From UHGV virus genome UHGV-0268865: DNA of 48,025 nt; one strand, given 5' to 3'. Of the stretch, positions 48,009-48,025 are shown piece by piece (positions within the stretch are counted from its first letter, which is position 1; the number at the start of each line of letters is the position of its first letter). This DNA is from a virus. The position numbers and the translations under genes are program-made. Under the pieces are notes generated by a model. It was not told the origin of the DNA. It did no database searches and worked only from the letters and a program-made list of their open reading frames with translations.

Positions 48009-48025
48009 AAACTAACCACGACGGA
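48005..48025 (+). CDS. 5' fragment of a small ORF (MKTNHDG...) that continues in frame at position 1 if the molecule is circular
   Basis: ATGA overlap with the exo stop; exactly 7 codons to the window end. Confidence 0.3.

Overview
This 48 kb window looks like an essentially complete temperate lambdoid phage genome from an enterobacterium, in a circularly permuted, non-integrated arrangement. The partial ORF at the window end (48005..48025) continues in frame into positions 1..138. The integrase sits about 185 bp from the last tail-fibre gene, convergent on a candidate attP.

Plus strand, left side: Dam-like N6-adenine methyltransferase, an ASCH-domain protein, several ATGA-coupled small ORFs, a TraR/DksA zinc finger, excisionase, and a tyrosine integrase ending at 4205.

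Minus strand, 4391..42572: the rest of the phage in lambda-like order.
- Immunity and replication: cro, cII, an HNH endonuclease, an O-like initiator with iterons inside the gene, and a P-like helicase loader.
- A nin-like region of about 12 serially coupled ORFs, including NinG and a lambda-type Ser/Thr phosphatase, then a phage-82-type Q antiterminator.
- Late control and lysis: PR' and tR', a tRNA-Thr(UGU), holin, a GH108 endolysin, and no recognisable Rz/Rz1 spanins.
- Packaging and head: a SprT-like HExxH protein, small and large terminase, a portal with a C-terminal 2H-phosphoesterase domain, a Mu-F-like head morphogenesis protein, a head protease/scaffold with an N-terminal ADP-ribosyltransferase domain, and the major capsid protein.
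- Contractile tail: sheath, tube, a terminator-flanked Rha moron, a chaperone, a tape measure with an SLT lytic transglycosylase domain, baseplate genes interrupted by an AT-rich lipoprotein moron, a beta-helix tailspike, and two paralogous glycine-rich tail fibres.

Plus strand, right side: a CI/LexA-like repressor (42683..43375), followed in the rexAB position by an AT-rich two-gene membrane module ending in a terminator. Then come palindromic oL-type operators with a pL-like promoter, two tandem 35-aa hydrophobic peptide ORFs, a 334-aa coiled-coil protein, and lambda Gam, a RecT-family recombinase and a near-lambda Exo.

Most interesting candidates:
- The repressor-linked two-gene module at 43396..44165 could be a previously undescribed superinfection-exclusion or abortive-infection system.
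- Two structural proteins carry enzymatic fusion domains: portal with a 2H phosphoesterase, and scaffold/protease with an R-S-E ADP-ribosyltransferase.
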